DNA of 64,000 nt, taken from assembly GCF_006345805.1 (NCBI RefSeq), contig NC_043006.1:39680001-39744000 (forward strand), written 5' to 3'. The position numbers were made by a program, and so were the translations under genes. The DNA is from Octopus sinensis (Eukaryota). This document shows positions 27,149 through 39,445 of the stretch, piece after piece. Each line of letters opens with the position of its first letter. The first letter of the stretch is position 1. A model generated the notes under the pieces. The model had not been told where the DNA came from. It searched no databases and saw only the letters and a program-made list of their open reading frames with translations.

Positions 27149-28019
27149 CATATATATATATACACATATATATATGTATATATAAATGCATATATGTACG
27201 TAGATATATTTATATATGTACATATATATACACACGTGTATATACACATATACATTGTTTCTAACTATATTTTATGTATATGTATACATATTTATATTTA
27301 TGCATGAGTGTGTGAGTGTGTATACGCGTGTATAAGTATGTCCGTATTCGATAGATAGATAAATAAATAGATAGATGGATAGATGGATAGATGGATAGAT
27401 AGATAGATGGATGGGTAGAGAGATAGAGAGAGAGGGGGGCACCAGTGAGTGAGTAAGTGTGAGCGTGTGAGAAAGTGAGAGAGAGAGAGAGTTAGTTGAT
27501 TAAAAAACATAAATTTCGTATCCTATAACTCATCAATACAGCTCGCATAAAAGAAACGGCAGAGCGTCACTGACTTTGCAACAGCAACACCAGCGATGGT
27601 AACTACAGCAATGACGAAGATTATTCACTAAGTGAATGGAGCATTTCCTAATATATTTTACCATTGACCAAAAATATATTAGATGTGGCTCTTCTTATAG
27701 ATATTAACTGAATTGTATTGTCGAAAAATCAACTAAGTCTGGTTGTACACGCAAGCAATTACTCTGAAGTATATAGGAATGTATTACTCTACGTATGTAT
27801 CTATATATATATGTAAAACTGTATGTATGGGTGCATATGCATAGCTACATGTATGCATTTACGGTAGCCTGTATGTACATATGAATGTCTGTTTGTATAG
27901 ATGTTGTTTTACATTTATTTTTCAATGTTATCTTCTCCGAAGGAAGACACGATTTCTAAACCAGAAACAAAGTTCTTTCATTGGAAAATCTATCAATCAA
28001 TCAGACCAATCTATGAATG

Positions 28020-28264
28020 TACGTACGTGCGTATGTATGTATGTATGTATGTATGTATGTATGTATGTATGTATGTATGTATGTGTGTGTGTATGCGTGT
28101 ATGTATGCATGTATGTATGTATGCATGTATGAATGTATGTATGTATCTGTCTATCTATCTGTCTGTCTCTTTCTCTCTGTATATTTCTCTCTCTCATTCT
28201 GTCTCTCTTTACATATATAAACATATGTATAAATAGATATGTGTGTATGGCTATGTATACATAT

Positions 28265-28312
<48 letters not shown>

Positions 28313-28365
28313 ACCTATATGTATATATACGTATATGTACCTATATGTACATATGCGTATATGTA

Positions 28366-28435
<70 letters not shown>

Positions 28436-28585
28436 CGTATATGTATATATATACATATATATATGTACATATACATGTATATATATTATATATATGTACA
28501 TATATGTATATGTATGTATATATATCTGTTTTTATATATGTATGTATATATTTATATGTATATATATGTATATATATATATATAT

Positions 28586-28651
<66 letters not shown>

Positions 28652-28861
28652 AACATGCATGTACGTATGCATGTGTGTGGTGTGTGTATGGGTTCAGGCT
28701 TGGATAATTTTCCCTGCCTCAACTTGTATTTATATTACATGTCTTCGTATTTATATGTTTGCATGTGCACAGGAATGTAAGCGCATTGATGAGAAGATAA
28801 ATTTCGAAAACGATTTCCTGATTTCTACACAGACACATACACACGCCTTTGTGCACGCCCT

Positions 28862-28902
<41 letters not shown>

Positions 28903-29085
28903 ACGCACGCACGTACACACACTCACATACACGCACCCACCCATACACGTACATATATGTGTATGTATGAATGTATATACTACTTACATACATATGTGCA
29001 TATTTACGAATTTTCTCTCGTTCCATGTATGCGCGCACATGTACACACAGACACACACACACATACACAAGCACACGCATACACA

Positions 29086-29120
<35 letters not shown>

Positions 29121-29130
29121 GCACATACAC
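28020..29130. repeat. Large compound microsatellite (GTAT, TA, CT, CA)
   Basis: Directly visible. It is the source of many spurious ORFs. Confidence 0.9.
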
Positions 29131-29774
29131 AAGCACATTTACATTTCCTGGGCATGACATTAAACTGCACCCTGTAGTGAGACTCTTGTTCGAGGTTCTA
29201 GAGGTGTGGAAAGCGTTGAGTCACCTCTTAATTGCTATTAATCTCAGGTACGTCGTGATCTGGAATGGTAGCAACTGTCAGAGTCCCATATACGGGAAAT
29301 TTATGAGACCCTTTGAGACACCCATAGCTTTCCCGGGAATGGAGAAAGCTCCCGTTGGTTTTTACAAAAACCGTGAGAAACAAATAATCTGGTTTAAAAC
29401 TTGCAATCAAGACAGTGCCAGCCACCTTGCAATTCTTGTCACTGGAACATACTATAGCAACAAAGAGAGTGGCACAAGCTTTGTACAAGATGTTTTCAGT
29501 TACATACAATGATCTACAATTGTCTCACTACTTTGCTTTTCATACTTTAAGGATCATAAAAACCGGTACCAGTCGAGCAATGGGAGTTGATGAAATCTGC
29601 AAGCCCCCCCCCGCTTCTCCAAAATTTCTGGTCGTGTGCGTAAAGTATAAAGGAATATCTTATGTATATATTTATTTAAATATCTTATGTAGGTACATAT
29701 ATATTATATATATAATATATATATATATATATATGTACTTACACACACACACACACACATACATATACATATAT

Positions 29775-30070
29775 GTGGAGGCGCAATGGCCCAGAGGTTA
29801 GGGCAGTGGACTCGCGGTTGTAGGATCGCGGGCGTTGTGAGTGTTTATTGAGCGAAAACACCTAAAGCTCCACGAGTCTCCGGCAGGGCGGTGGTGGCGA
29901 TCCCTGCTGTACTCTTTCGCCACAACTTTCTCTCACTCTTTCTTCCGTTGGCCTGCTCGCTTAGCCAGCGGGGTGGCGTCATTTGAAGGCTAAAACAATG
30001 CGAAGCGCATTGTGACCAGCGATGTGTAACAACATTTGATAGCCTGGTCAGTCACGGTGATCACGGTGAT
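29775..30070 (+). mobile_element. SINE family C head with tail type 2
   Basis: Same gtggaggcgcaatggcc head and ...ccacaactttctctcactc body as 21496, then an unrelated 3' module (ggcctgctcgcttagccagcggggtggcgtc...). Confidence 0.85.
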
Positions 30071-30084
30071 ATACATACATACAT

Positions 30085-30182
<98 letters not shown>

Positions 30183-30627
30183 GTATGTATATGTATATGT
30201 ATATAAGGATAAAACTCCTTGAACCGGAATATATTCAGTTCTGAAGTTTCCGATTATACACGTGCGGCCGAGATGAACATGCGAACCCACCTTTTCAGGG
30301 ATATATAAGTGTGAACAATTGTATACGCTCTGCTGGTTGCATTGTTGTTGTTCGCTTGGTATGTAGAGATGCTTATGTTTATATTTTCTGGTTGTATGAA
30401 TGTATATACTACTTACATCGATGCCGTACTGATGATTCGAGAGCATATTATACATGAAATCATTAATGATATACGACTAAACCTTTTTTTAAAGGAACTT
30501 CTATACTCATTCCCATGATTTCGGTGCCTGTGTATACGTATTGAAGTAGTTTGACTTTAGAGTCCCACACACAGCGTGAGGCGTTACTTATAGTAACAGC
30601 CCTTGATATACTAACTTTGTATATATA

Positions 30628-30671
<44 letters not shown>

Positions 30672-30673
<2 letters not shown>

Positions 30674-30850
30674 ATCCAAACATGAACAAGCAAGAAAAAA
30701 ACATGAAAAACAAGAACGCGAGGACGTGGAATAAGTACCGTGCTTTTGGACGCTCAGGAAAGGAAAGAAAAGAAAGAGGATTTCACATTTCGAGCGGAGC
30801 TCTTCGTCAGAAATATAGAAAAAGTCCAAAGAAGGGAAAACGGAGAAATG

Positions 30851-30860
<10 letters not shown>
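30672..30860 (-). mobile_element. Short non-coding element carrying an alpha hammerhead (Penelope pseudo-LTR-like)
   Basis: Homologous to 53500-53690 in opposite orientation (taatccaaa...gacgctcaggaaa...tcgagcggagctcttcgtc). Confidence 0.7.
30780..30814 (-). ncRNA. Minimal hammerhead motif, family alpha
   Basis: AUUU-CUGACGA-A-GAGC[UCC]GCUC-GAAA-UG-UG-AAAU. Stems I and II are perfect, but N17 is G and ACGU has decayed to AUGU. Confidence 0.65.
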
Positions 30861-30887
<27 letters not shown>

Positions 30888-30943
30888 AGGATGGCTTATT
30901 CGCAATTTACAACCGAAAGACAGAACTATAAGAGCCGAGTAAG

Positions 30944-30992
30944 AGCCACTGACGAGCATTAATATTAATTCGAAATCACTGGTGATGTGGTT
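30944..30992 (+). ncRNA. Type I hammerhead motif, family gamma
   Basis: AGCCA-CUGACGA-GCAUUAAUAUUAAUUC-GAAA-UCACUGGUGA-UG-UGGUU. 5-bp stem I, near-palindromic stems II and III, N17=G. Confidence 0.65.
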
Positions 30993-31881
30993 ATATCTCG
31001 GTTAATGTAGAGAGGTTGCCTCACTTGTCAGTCATAAGATAAGTCCTTCATCGTGGTTAAGAGATGTTTTGATGTTTATTTCTAGCAATGCTTGTGTTTA
31101 CTGGTACCCCAGCATGGCCGCAGTCAAATGACAAAACAAATAGCAGGTAAAAGATAATTTTATATATATAATATATATACATATGTGTGTGTGAGTTCAT
31201 GTATGTGTGCGTGTGTGGGTGCGCGCGCATGCGAGTAGAGGTACAACCGTGTACACTATGCAGAAGCTCTTGAACACAGACCAGCATAAAGAGTAGGTGT
31301 ACAAAGGGAAACTGATACAGAGATGTGTGTGTATATATACATATATACATATATACACATATATACATATATATATGTATAAACATATATATATATTGCG
31401 AGATATCAAGGTATCAACGTATTGGTGTTTGTATGAGCATGAGCGTCTATGCGCACATACACGGCAGTATCTTTGTAGTGCCTGGCTGTATATATTAACG
31501 TTTGCTTCAATAGGTGTCGGCATTCGTTGCTCGGAAATCTTATTCAAATATATTCTAATAACCTGAATGAGTGTTGTGAAGTATCTTGTAGTAGGTTCAA
31601 CAGAAGATAACTATTTTTGTGTGTAATTCAAAAGAAGCACGTCTTTATGTTGGTATATTGCAATAGTTTTAAGATTGTCCAGTCAGATGGATATTTGTAA
31701 ATTGATACCCCTCGAGATAGCACTAATTTTACTTTCAAATACTATCGTATTCTAATGTACAATATCTACCTACCTACACACACACACACACACACATAAA
31801 CGTACGCGGCGCAACATACATAGAAAGATCAGAAATTGATAAATATTTATGCAAATATCTATTTATCTATCTATCTATCTA

Positions 31882-31927
<46 letters not shown>

Positions 31928-31931
31928 ATAT

Positions 31932-31962
<31 letters not shown>

Positions 31963-32250
31963 TATAGATAGATAGATAGATAGATAGATTGATAGATAAA
32001 TAGATGGATAGATAGATAGATAAGATATATGTATAAACACTTCTATGCATTCATATATACTTACATTTCTCTCTCTCTCTCTCTTTCTCCCTGTCTCTCT
32101 CTTTCTCTTTCTCCCCGTCTCTCTCTCTATATATATAAGCACACACACGTGCATACACACACATACACGCATATAAATAATCCTCTATTTATCTAATATC
32201 GAGGTCTTATTCTTTTGTTGTTGTAGTTGTTGTTGTTGTTGTTATTATTA

Positions 32251-32307
<57 letters not shown>

Positions 32308-32469
32308 TGGAACATTATATTACGGGTTTAAACAAATACTTCTTGGTTTTGGTCTTTTGCGACAAATTTGACTTAGTGTTTCATCGCAAGAGGATGAATA
32401 AGATAGAAGATCCGGTAAGAACCATTTTAAATCGTTTTCCATTTAGGTCATACTTGAGCAGTGCGCTTA

Positions 32470-32830
32470 TGATATACAAGATCCTATTCTCTCAGAAGTT
32501 GAACATTGCGCTTCTTGCATAAGTAGCAGCGAAGGGTGTCATTCAGGACTGGCTTCACAGTGGCGGCTCCAATAACCACCTGTCTGGCCTAAGCTGGGAT
32601 TCCCTTGCTCGGATTCCCTATCGTCATGCCTTGCAGCAGCTGCACACAAATAGAACACCTGTTGTGTCTCTTTCTGCTGGTCACGTGTTCATAGTCCCCG
32701 TTGCAGCTGTCCATGTCACGTCTTACCACCTATACAATGTCCAAGGAACATCGTGCAGCCGTCATGATGTCGGCAATTTGATGTCAGCGGCAAATCCTCA
32801 TCGATACAGCTAACATATTTCCAATATTCA
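32470..32830 (-). pseudogene. maT/DD37D-like transposase N-terminal remnant
   Basis: AATVKPVLNDTLRCYLCKKRNVQLL parallels ATMKLALNENHRSYHS*KRCKGKIL at 59770. 32700-32726 matches 59591-59617 at 26/27 nt in reverse. Confidence 0.6.
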
Positions 32831-33029
32831 GATTGCTTCCAGTTTTCCATATCACTTAACTTTTTCTGTTACAGCTTTCCTCTATGTGCTCTCCAGCGCT
32901 GTTGACTGTTCACTAATACATTTCTGACTTTTGCTTAGTATTTGTTTAAGTTGACTTCAAGTCGCACCCAGAGACCTCAAGAGACAACAAGTTAGAACTT
33001 CATGTTGGTGTTATGCCAACATAAGATGC

Positions 33030-33150
33030 AGTAACATGATGAGGCAGTAAAATTCTATATTGGAAACTATAAATAAAATGGAGGTTAAAGAGAGGTAAGA
33101 CATGGTACGACCACAAACCGCAGAGAGTTGTTGAGTCAGGGACATGCAAA
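33030..33150 (+). pseudogene. Older R4/Dong-like RLE-domain fragment
   Basis: HDEAV/KILYWKL*IKWRLKRGKTWYDHKPQRVVESGTCK (one frameshift) parallels HDRVAQYLHWLI...KWYNHHPEAVTEGEN of 35228-35340. Confidence 0.65.
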
Positions 33151-33161
33151 GACACATGATG

Positions 33162-33221
<60 letters not shown>

Positions 33222-33223
<2 letters not shown>

Positions 33224-33609
33224 GCTCAGAAAATATAAAGACCTACTCATTGAAATTGAGAAAATGTGGCATCTCAAGGTGGTTACAATACCAGGGATCG
33301 TAGGAGCACTAGGAATGATCAAGAAGGGAACCGAAAATTATATGAAAATGATCCCTGGCTTACCATCCCTGCAAGAAGTGCAAAAGATTGTCTTAACTGG
33401 TACATCACACGTATTGAGAAGAGCATTATCGATGTGAGAATTATTACTACCCATGTATTTTAATTTAACTTTAAAAAAAATTTTTTAAATGAACGAACTA
33501 TTGAGTTTAGTTTAATGGCCTACCAATGTATACTATGAGTTTCTTTGCCCTAGGAGTCGGGAAGACACTCGGCAAGAAATGGAAGCAAATTTGAAAGAGG
33601 AAAAAAAAA

Positions 33610-33610
<1 letters not shown>
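33222..33610 (+). mobile_element. R4/Dong-clade non-LTR retrotransposon, 5'-truncated (last about 70 codons + 3' UTR)
   Basis: KLRKYKDLLIEIEKMWHLKVVTIPGIVGALGMIKKG...LRRALSM*. Nearly identical to 35490-35880, with (AAT)n on both sides. Confidence 0.9.
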
Positions 33611-33660
<50 letters not shown>

Positions 33661-33680
33661 TAATATAATAAAAAATAATA

Positions 33681-33980
33681 AGGGCTACAGCAAATATAAT
33701 GCTCAATACCACAGATTTGCTTGTCAGTTGTTTGACCTTAACCAGTTGAGCATGTCCCTTAGTGGCTAACGATATGTGCATCTCTGATCACGAACAGCAG
33801 CAGTGGGAGAGCACCACTGAGCTGTTTATCTTTAAATGAGATCACCATGTCGCGCACATATGGTTGTGATACATGTGCTTAGTGTACCCTTATCAGACGG
33901 GTAGTCACGATGGGTATACTGGGCTTCGTATATTTAACCCCAGTGTCACTTTGATGGCATGCACTGTTTTCTCACTCAAT
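33681..33980 (+). mobile_element. AAT-flanked non-coding element (family Y), internally deleted copy
   Basis: Shares 5' end (aggg.tac.gcaaatat) and 3' region with 34069-34521 but lacks about 180 bp of the middle. Confidence 0.8.
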
Positions 33981-34017
33981 GATAATAGTAATAATAATAA
34001 TAATGATAATAATAATG

Positions 34018-34068
<51 letters not shown>

Positions 34069-34069
<1 letters not shown>

Positions 34070-34521
34070 GGGATACGGCAAATATTCTCCTCAATACCAC
34101 AGATTTGCTTGGCAGTTGTTGGACCATAACCAGTTGAGCATGTCCCTTAATGGCTGACGATATGTGCATCTCTGATCAGGAGCAGAAGCAGTGGGGGAGC
34201 ATCATAGCCATGTGCTGAGAGGGATTCTGTGGATTTTGAATAATTCACCTCTGGAAACATGAAAGATGGGTGTTTCGTTCAACATTCTTAAACAACCCTT
34301 ATTCAGGGACCTTTTGAGCGAGATGGGTTACTCGACCAGAAGAAAATTCTAACTGGGCCCCGCCTGCAAGGTCATGTGCTATTTATCTTGATATGAGTCC
34401 ACCATACCGCGCACATATGTTTGTGATGCATGTGCCTAGTGTTCCCTTATTAGACGGGTAGTCATGATGGGTATACTGGGCTTCGTATATTTTACCACAG
34501 TGTCACTTTGATGGCACTCAA
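34069..34521 (+). mobile_element. AAT-flanked non-coding element (family Y), longer copy
   Basis: Homologous to 33681-33980, with (AAT)n directly on both sides and no ORF. Confidence 0.8.
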
Positions 34522-34522
34522 A

Positions 34523-34587
<65 letters not shown>

Positions 34588-34923
34588 TTTCATTTATTTT
34601 CTACGGGGGCGAAAGATGAGGCGGACAATACAGAGACAGACATAAAGTGTGGGGGGTTACATATAATAATGAAATGATAAATAAAATAAAACGTATACAC
34701 TATACACTGGAAAAGAAGAGACGTATGCATAGCATATAAAGGTGCAAAAAAAAGAATAGTGTTGGGCGAGGATAATGATCCTTTCTACTATAGGCACAAG
34801 GCCTGAATTTGTGTGGGAGAGAGCATAGTCGATACATCGACCCCAGTGTTTCACTTGTACTTAACTTATCAACCCCAAAAGAATGAACGGCAAAGTCAAC
34901 CTTGGCGTAATATTAATAATAAC

Positions 34924-34957
<34 letters not shown>

Positions 34958-34993
34958 GTAATAGTAATAGTAATAATAATAGTAATAATAATG

Positions 34994-35045
<52 letters not shown>

Positions 35046-35065
35046 TAATAATAATAATAATGATA

Positions 35066-35880
35066 ATGGCTGCTCAAGATCAAAGCCTATTAACCCGGAA
35101 CTACCAGGCCAATGTGATGAAAAATGGAGCAGACCCAAAATGCCGATTCTGCAACGACATGATTGAAACAGTGACCACCTAATCTCTGGATATAAAGTCT
35201 TAGCACCAGTGGAGTATAAATAATAACATGACAGAGTGGCCAATATCTACACTGGCTAATAAGTCGGCATTACAATATCAAAACTGCCGACAAGTGGTAT
35301 AATCACCACCCTGAGGCTGTAACTGAAGGAGAAAATGTAACCATTCTGTGGGACTTTCCAGTACATACAGACCGAACCATCAAGGCCAATAAACCAGATA
35401 TTGTCGTGAAAGACCAAAACAATAAAGTTTGCTTATTGATCGACATGAGCATCCCCTGCGATCATAATATCTCAGCGAAAGAGTTTGACAAGCTCAGAAA
35501 ATATAAAGACCTACTCATTGAAATTGAGAAAATGTGGCATCTCAAGGCGGTTACAATACCAGTGATCGTAGGAGCACTAGGAATGATCAAGAAGGGAACC
35601 GAAAATTATATGAGAATGATCCCTGGCTTACCATCCCTGCAAGAAGTGCAAAAGATTGTCTTAACTGGTACATCACACGTATTGAGAAGAGCATTGTCGA
35701 TGTGAGAACTGTTGCTGCTCATGTATTTTAATTTAACTTAAAAAAAAAAGAAAAAAAAATGAACGAACTATTGAGCTTGGTTTAATGGCCTACCAATGTA
35801 TACTATGAGTTTCTTTGCCCTAGGAGTCGGGAAGACACTCGGCAAGAAATGGAAGCAAATTTGAAAGAAGAAAAAAAAAG
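35066..35880 (+). mobile_element. R4/Dong-clade non-LTR retrotransposon, 5'-truncated: zinc knuckle + restriction-like endonuclease + 3' UTR
   Basis: AAQDQSLLTRNY...CRFC...ETVT(H)LISG, HDRVA, WDFPVHTDRTIKANKPDIVV, LIDMSIP, KEFDKLRKY (PD-D-K RLE). Two frameshifts and in-frame stops; stop at 35703-35705. Flanked by (AAT)n. Confidence 0.92.
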
Positions 35881-36714
35881 TAATAATAATAATGATAATA
35901 ATAATAATGGAACAAAACCTGCTCGAAATGGATTTGTATTCAATATATGGTCAAAGAGAAAAATTTTGAAATATAAACAAAATTTGGTGTGATAGGTCCA
36001 GTAGGAAACTGCGTATACGTATCGTGGAGAAATTTAATATACATATTTGTATGAAATATTCTATGGTTTACAAACTTATGAAAAGAACAGTATTTGTAAA
36101 TATTGGATTTTATAATAAATAACCATAAAAAAAAATCTTTTATAACCGGAATTCGGAGTGAGAATTTTTATATCATTATTTATTGATAAATTTAAACTAC
36201 TTCATATGAAGAAAAACAAAGCAATTGAAATTTCTACAAAACACATTGAAAGACGCTAAAAGCTATGAGTATTCTAATAAACAATGTAATTCTTTTTCTC
36301 ATTATTTGTGCGAAACTCTTATGACTCATAATATGCGAGATTTGTGTTTAACGTACTAAAAATACTAAATGAACTTATTTTTTGTTGGTATAATAAATAA
36401 TTTTCTCAGCGCGCTACTAAGTTACTATGAGTTATAAATAAAATGAGATTAAATTTGACGTATATTTGTTTTCATTATTTTTTTAATACAAAATGGCTGC
36501 GAGTTGGCAGAATTGTTACCACATTGGTCAGAGTTTTTAGCGGATTTTTTTCACTTTCATTTTCTGGGTTCAAATTCTGCCGAGGTCGAATTTGCCTTCC
36601 GGGTCGATAAAATAAGAACCATGAGAAACAGCGATGAATGTAATCGATGCGCTCCATTTCTCATAAAATTTGTTGGTTTTCTACCGAAAATTAAAAAGAC
36701 TTATTTTGATTTAA

Positions 36715-37017
36715 GTGGAGGTACTTGGCTCAGTGGTTAGAGCAGCGGACTCTCGGTCGAGGGATCGCGAGTTCGAATCTCAGCCCGGGTGATGTGTGTG
36801 TTTATGAGCGAAAATACCTAAGCTCCACGCGGCTCCGACAGAAGGTAATGGCGATCTTCTGCTGACTCTTTCGCCACAACTTTTTCTCACTCTTTCCTCC
36901 TGCATCTTACAGCTCACCTGCGACGGACCGGCGTCCCGTCTAGGTGGGGAACCTATACGCCAAGGAAACCGGGAAACCGGCCCTTATGAGCCAGGCGTGG
37001 CTGGAGAAGGAACAAAC
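36715..37017 (+). mobile_element. SINE family C-like head with tail type 3 (V-domain-like)
   Basis: Head gtggaggtacttggctcagtggttag, B box gagttcgaatc, then cctgcgacggaccggcgtcccgtctagg...gaaaccgggaaaccgg. Confidence 0.8.
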
Positions 37018-37189
37018 ATTTTGATTTAAAAAAAGGTAGCTATCAGGTGCCATCGGTAACAAAATATTTAGCGCTGCTTTTCTTCCTAATATGCTCTCTA
37101 TGTTGAATGCTGAGGTGGATTTTACCTTTTATACTGTCGGGGACGAATTGTTTCTACCACCAGGATTCTTGCATTGCTATTCTTTTACT

Positions 37190-37563
37190 CTTTTATTTAT
37201 TTCAGTCAGTTGACTGCGGCCATGCTGGGGCGCCGCCTTTAGTCGAGCAAATCGACCACAGGACTTATTCTTTGTAACCCTAGTACTTATTCTATCGGCC
37301 ACTTTTGCAGAACCGCTAAGTTACGGGGACATAAACACACCAGCAACGGTTGTCAAGCGATGGTGGGGGGACAAACACAAACACACAAGCATATACACAC
37401 ACACATATATATACATTTTCCCTCTACCAAATCCACTCACAATGCTTTCGTCGGCCCAAGGCTATAGTAGAAGACATTTGCCCAAGGTGCCATGCAGTGG
37501 GACTGAACTCGGAACCATGTGGTTTGTAAGCAAGCTAGTTACCACACAGCCACTCCTACGCCT
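37190..37563 (-). mobile_element. SINE family B, full length
   Basis: Aligns with 26730-27101. Confidence 0.88.
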
Positions 37564-37749
37564 ATTGAAAAAACTATTCTCAGTGTCATTGCATTATTCG
37601 GCTAAATATCTCTGATTTGTATTTCTAATCATTCTTCGTTTTCTTTATAGATTGTTCTTTATTCATTTATTCCTCCTATTATATCCTTCACATTCTTCCC
37701 TTTTCTTTTTTTGTCATTCAAACCCGGCATTATCTTTTTCAACTACAAT

Positions 37750-38246
37750 GCGGCGAGTTGGCAGAGTCGTTAGCGGGGCAGGCAAAATGCTTACCGGCAT
37801 TTCGTCCGTCTTTACGAGCTGAGTTCAAATTCTGCCGAGGTCGACTGTGCCTTTTTTTCCCTTTAATGCAGTGTGCTGGCAGAAACGTTAGCGCGCCGGG
37901 CGAGATGCTTAACGGTAATTCGTCTGTCTTTATGTTCTTAGTTCAAATTTCGCCGATGTCGACTTTGCCGTTCGGGGTCGATTAAATAAGTACCAGTTAC
38001 GCACTGGGGTCGATGAAATCGACTTAATCCGTTTGTCTGTCCTTGTTTGTCTCCTCTGTGTTTAGCCCCTTGTGGGTAGTAAAGAAATAGGTATTTCGTC
38101 TGTTTTACGTTCTAAGTTCAAATTCCGCTGAGGTCGACTTTGCCTTTCATCCTCTCGGGGTCGCTAAATTAATCACCGGTTGCGTTCTGTGGTCGACTGA
38201 TCCCCTCCCCGAAAATTTCGGGCCTTGTGCCTAGAGTAGAAAAGAT
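37750..38246 (+). mobile_element. SINE family A multimer
   Basis: Partial head unit, full unit and body unit. An imperfect direct repeat attatcttt(t/g)tc(a/g)ac flanks the whole. Confidence 0.85.
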
Positions 38247-38354
38247 TATCTTTGTCGACATGGTTTGCATATACGACATCTTTTACATTGGACTTCACTT
38301 AACGTCTGTCATTACGCAATAAATTTTCTTATACTAATTTAGTAGTAGTGATTT

Positions 38355-38815
38355 CAAATTTTGGCACAAGCATTTCGGGAAATGGGTTAAGTTGATTACA
38401 TGGATCCCCAGTCATCAGCTGGCATTTATTTAATCGACTCCGAAAAGATGAAAGGCAGTATCGACCTCGGCGGAAATTGAACTCAGGATGTAAAGACGAA
38501 CGAAATGCCTCTAAGCATTTTGCCCGGCATGCTAACGATTCTGCCAGCTCGCTGCCTCATAATGTAGTAATATTAATTGCTTAGAGCATGCTAAACAATA
38601 TATGAGAGATAACTCATAGGTATTCACTCTAAGCAATGTACTTGATGTCCCATTATGTTAAATAATCCTTCATACTAAGGCACAAGGCCTGAAATTTTGG
38701 GGGAAGGGGCAAGTTGATTACATCGACTCCAGTACTCAACTAGTACTTAATTTATCGACCCTGAACGAATAACAGGCTAAGTCGACGTCTGCGGATTTGA
38801 ACTCAGAACGTAGCA
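38355..38815 (-). mobile_element. Two diverged SINE family A copies (38355-38558, 38672-38815)
   Basis: atcgacc...gaaaggc...gtcgacctcggcggaa.ttgaactcag motifs in reverse. Confidence 0.75.
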
Positions 38816-39144
38816 TTAGGCTAAATAATGCTTCTTAAATTCCATAAATATAATTCGTACGCTTTATAAACCTAGTAAGCTAAGCTATTTTCTATTTTTT
38901 ATCTTTTAAACTTTTCACCCATTTGCCTGCGGCCGTGCTGAGGCACCGCCTCGAAACATTTTAATCAAACGAATTGACCCCAATATTTTTTTCTTTTTAA
39001 ACGTGGTACTTATTCTATCGGTCTCATTTGCCGAACAGGTAAGTTACAGAGACTTAAACACAACAACACCGGTTGCCATGCAGTGATGGGGGACAAACGC
39101 AGACACGAACACACAGGCACACGCTCAAACATATATATATACCG

Positions 39145-39290
39145 AGGGTTATGAGAGATACTAGTATCTAGAAGATCCAAATAGTGTCGGTTAAAGCTAA
39201 GTAAGTGCTGTGGGTAGACCGTGGTTAAACTCTTGATTCTATAATGATACGAGTGAGGAGTCTAATGTGGGTCTTGTATTAGCATGCGTG

Positions 39291-39327
<37 letters not shown>

Positions 39328-39445
39328 CAGAATGAGATAACAAATCCAAGGCCGTGAGGAGTTTTCAGGTCATTTACAATGAAATAGTCTTACAGCTGTT
39401 TCTGGAATATTATGGATATCCCTTCATCAGAGAGGGTGTGAGTAA
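39145..39445 (-). mobile_element. About 300-bp non-coding element with a 5' hammerhead (family beta), copy 1
   Basis: Homologous throughout to 46432-46700 (tatc.agaagatc..., atacgagtgaggagtcta, aatgagataacaaa.ccaagg, tcccttcatcagag). Confidence 0.75.
39387..39434 (-). ncRNA. Type I hammerhead ribozyme motif, family beta, catalytic core intact
   Basis: CUCU-CUGAUGA-A-GGGAUAU[CCAUA]AUAUUCC-A-GAAA-CAGCUG-UA-AGAC. 7-bp stem II, perfect ACAGCUGU palindrome in stem III, 3-bp stem I. Confidence 0.8.

Larger units (their letters stand above)
33155..35910 (+). repeat. Series of (AAT)n arrays separated by inserted elements
   Basis: AAT runs at about 33155-33221, 33611-33680, 33981-34068, 34522-34585, 34911-35065 and 35881-35908. 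Confidence 0.95.

Noticed and set aside
29160-29512. Unique-looking tail of ORF 28967-29512
   Set aside because: The ORF is opened by a (CA)n tract, and the remainder has no recognisable domain or splice structure.
33681-33800. HDV-like ribozyme at the 5' end of family Y (GGCUAC pairing with GUGGCU)
   Set aside because: A P1-like pairing exists but I could not place P3/P1.1/P2 consistently in either copy. Left as a check on the consensus.
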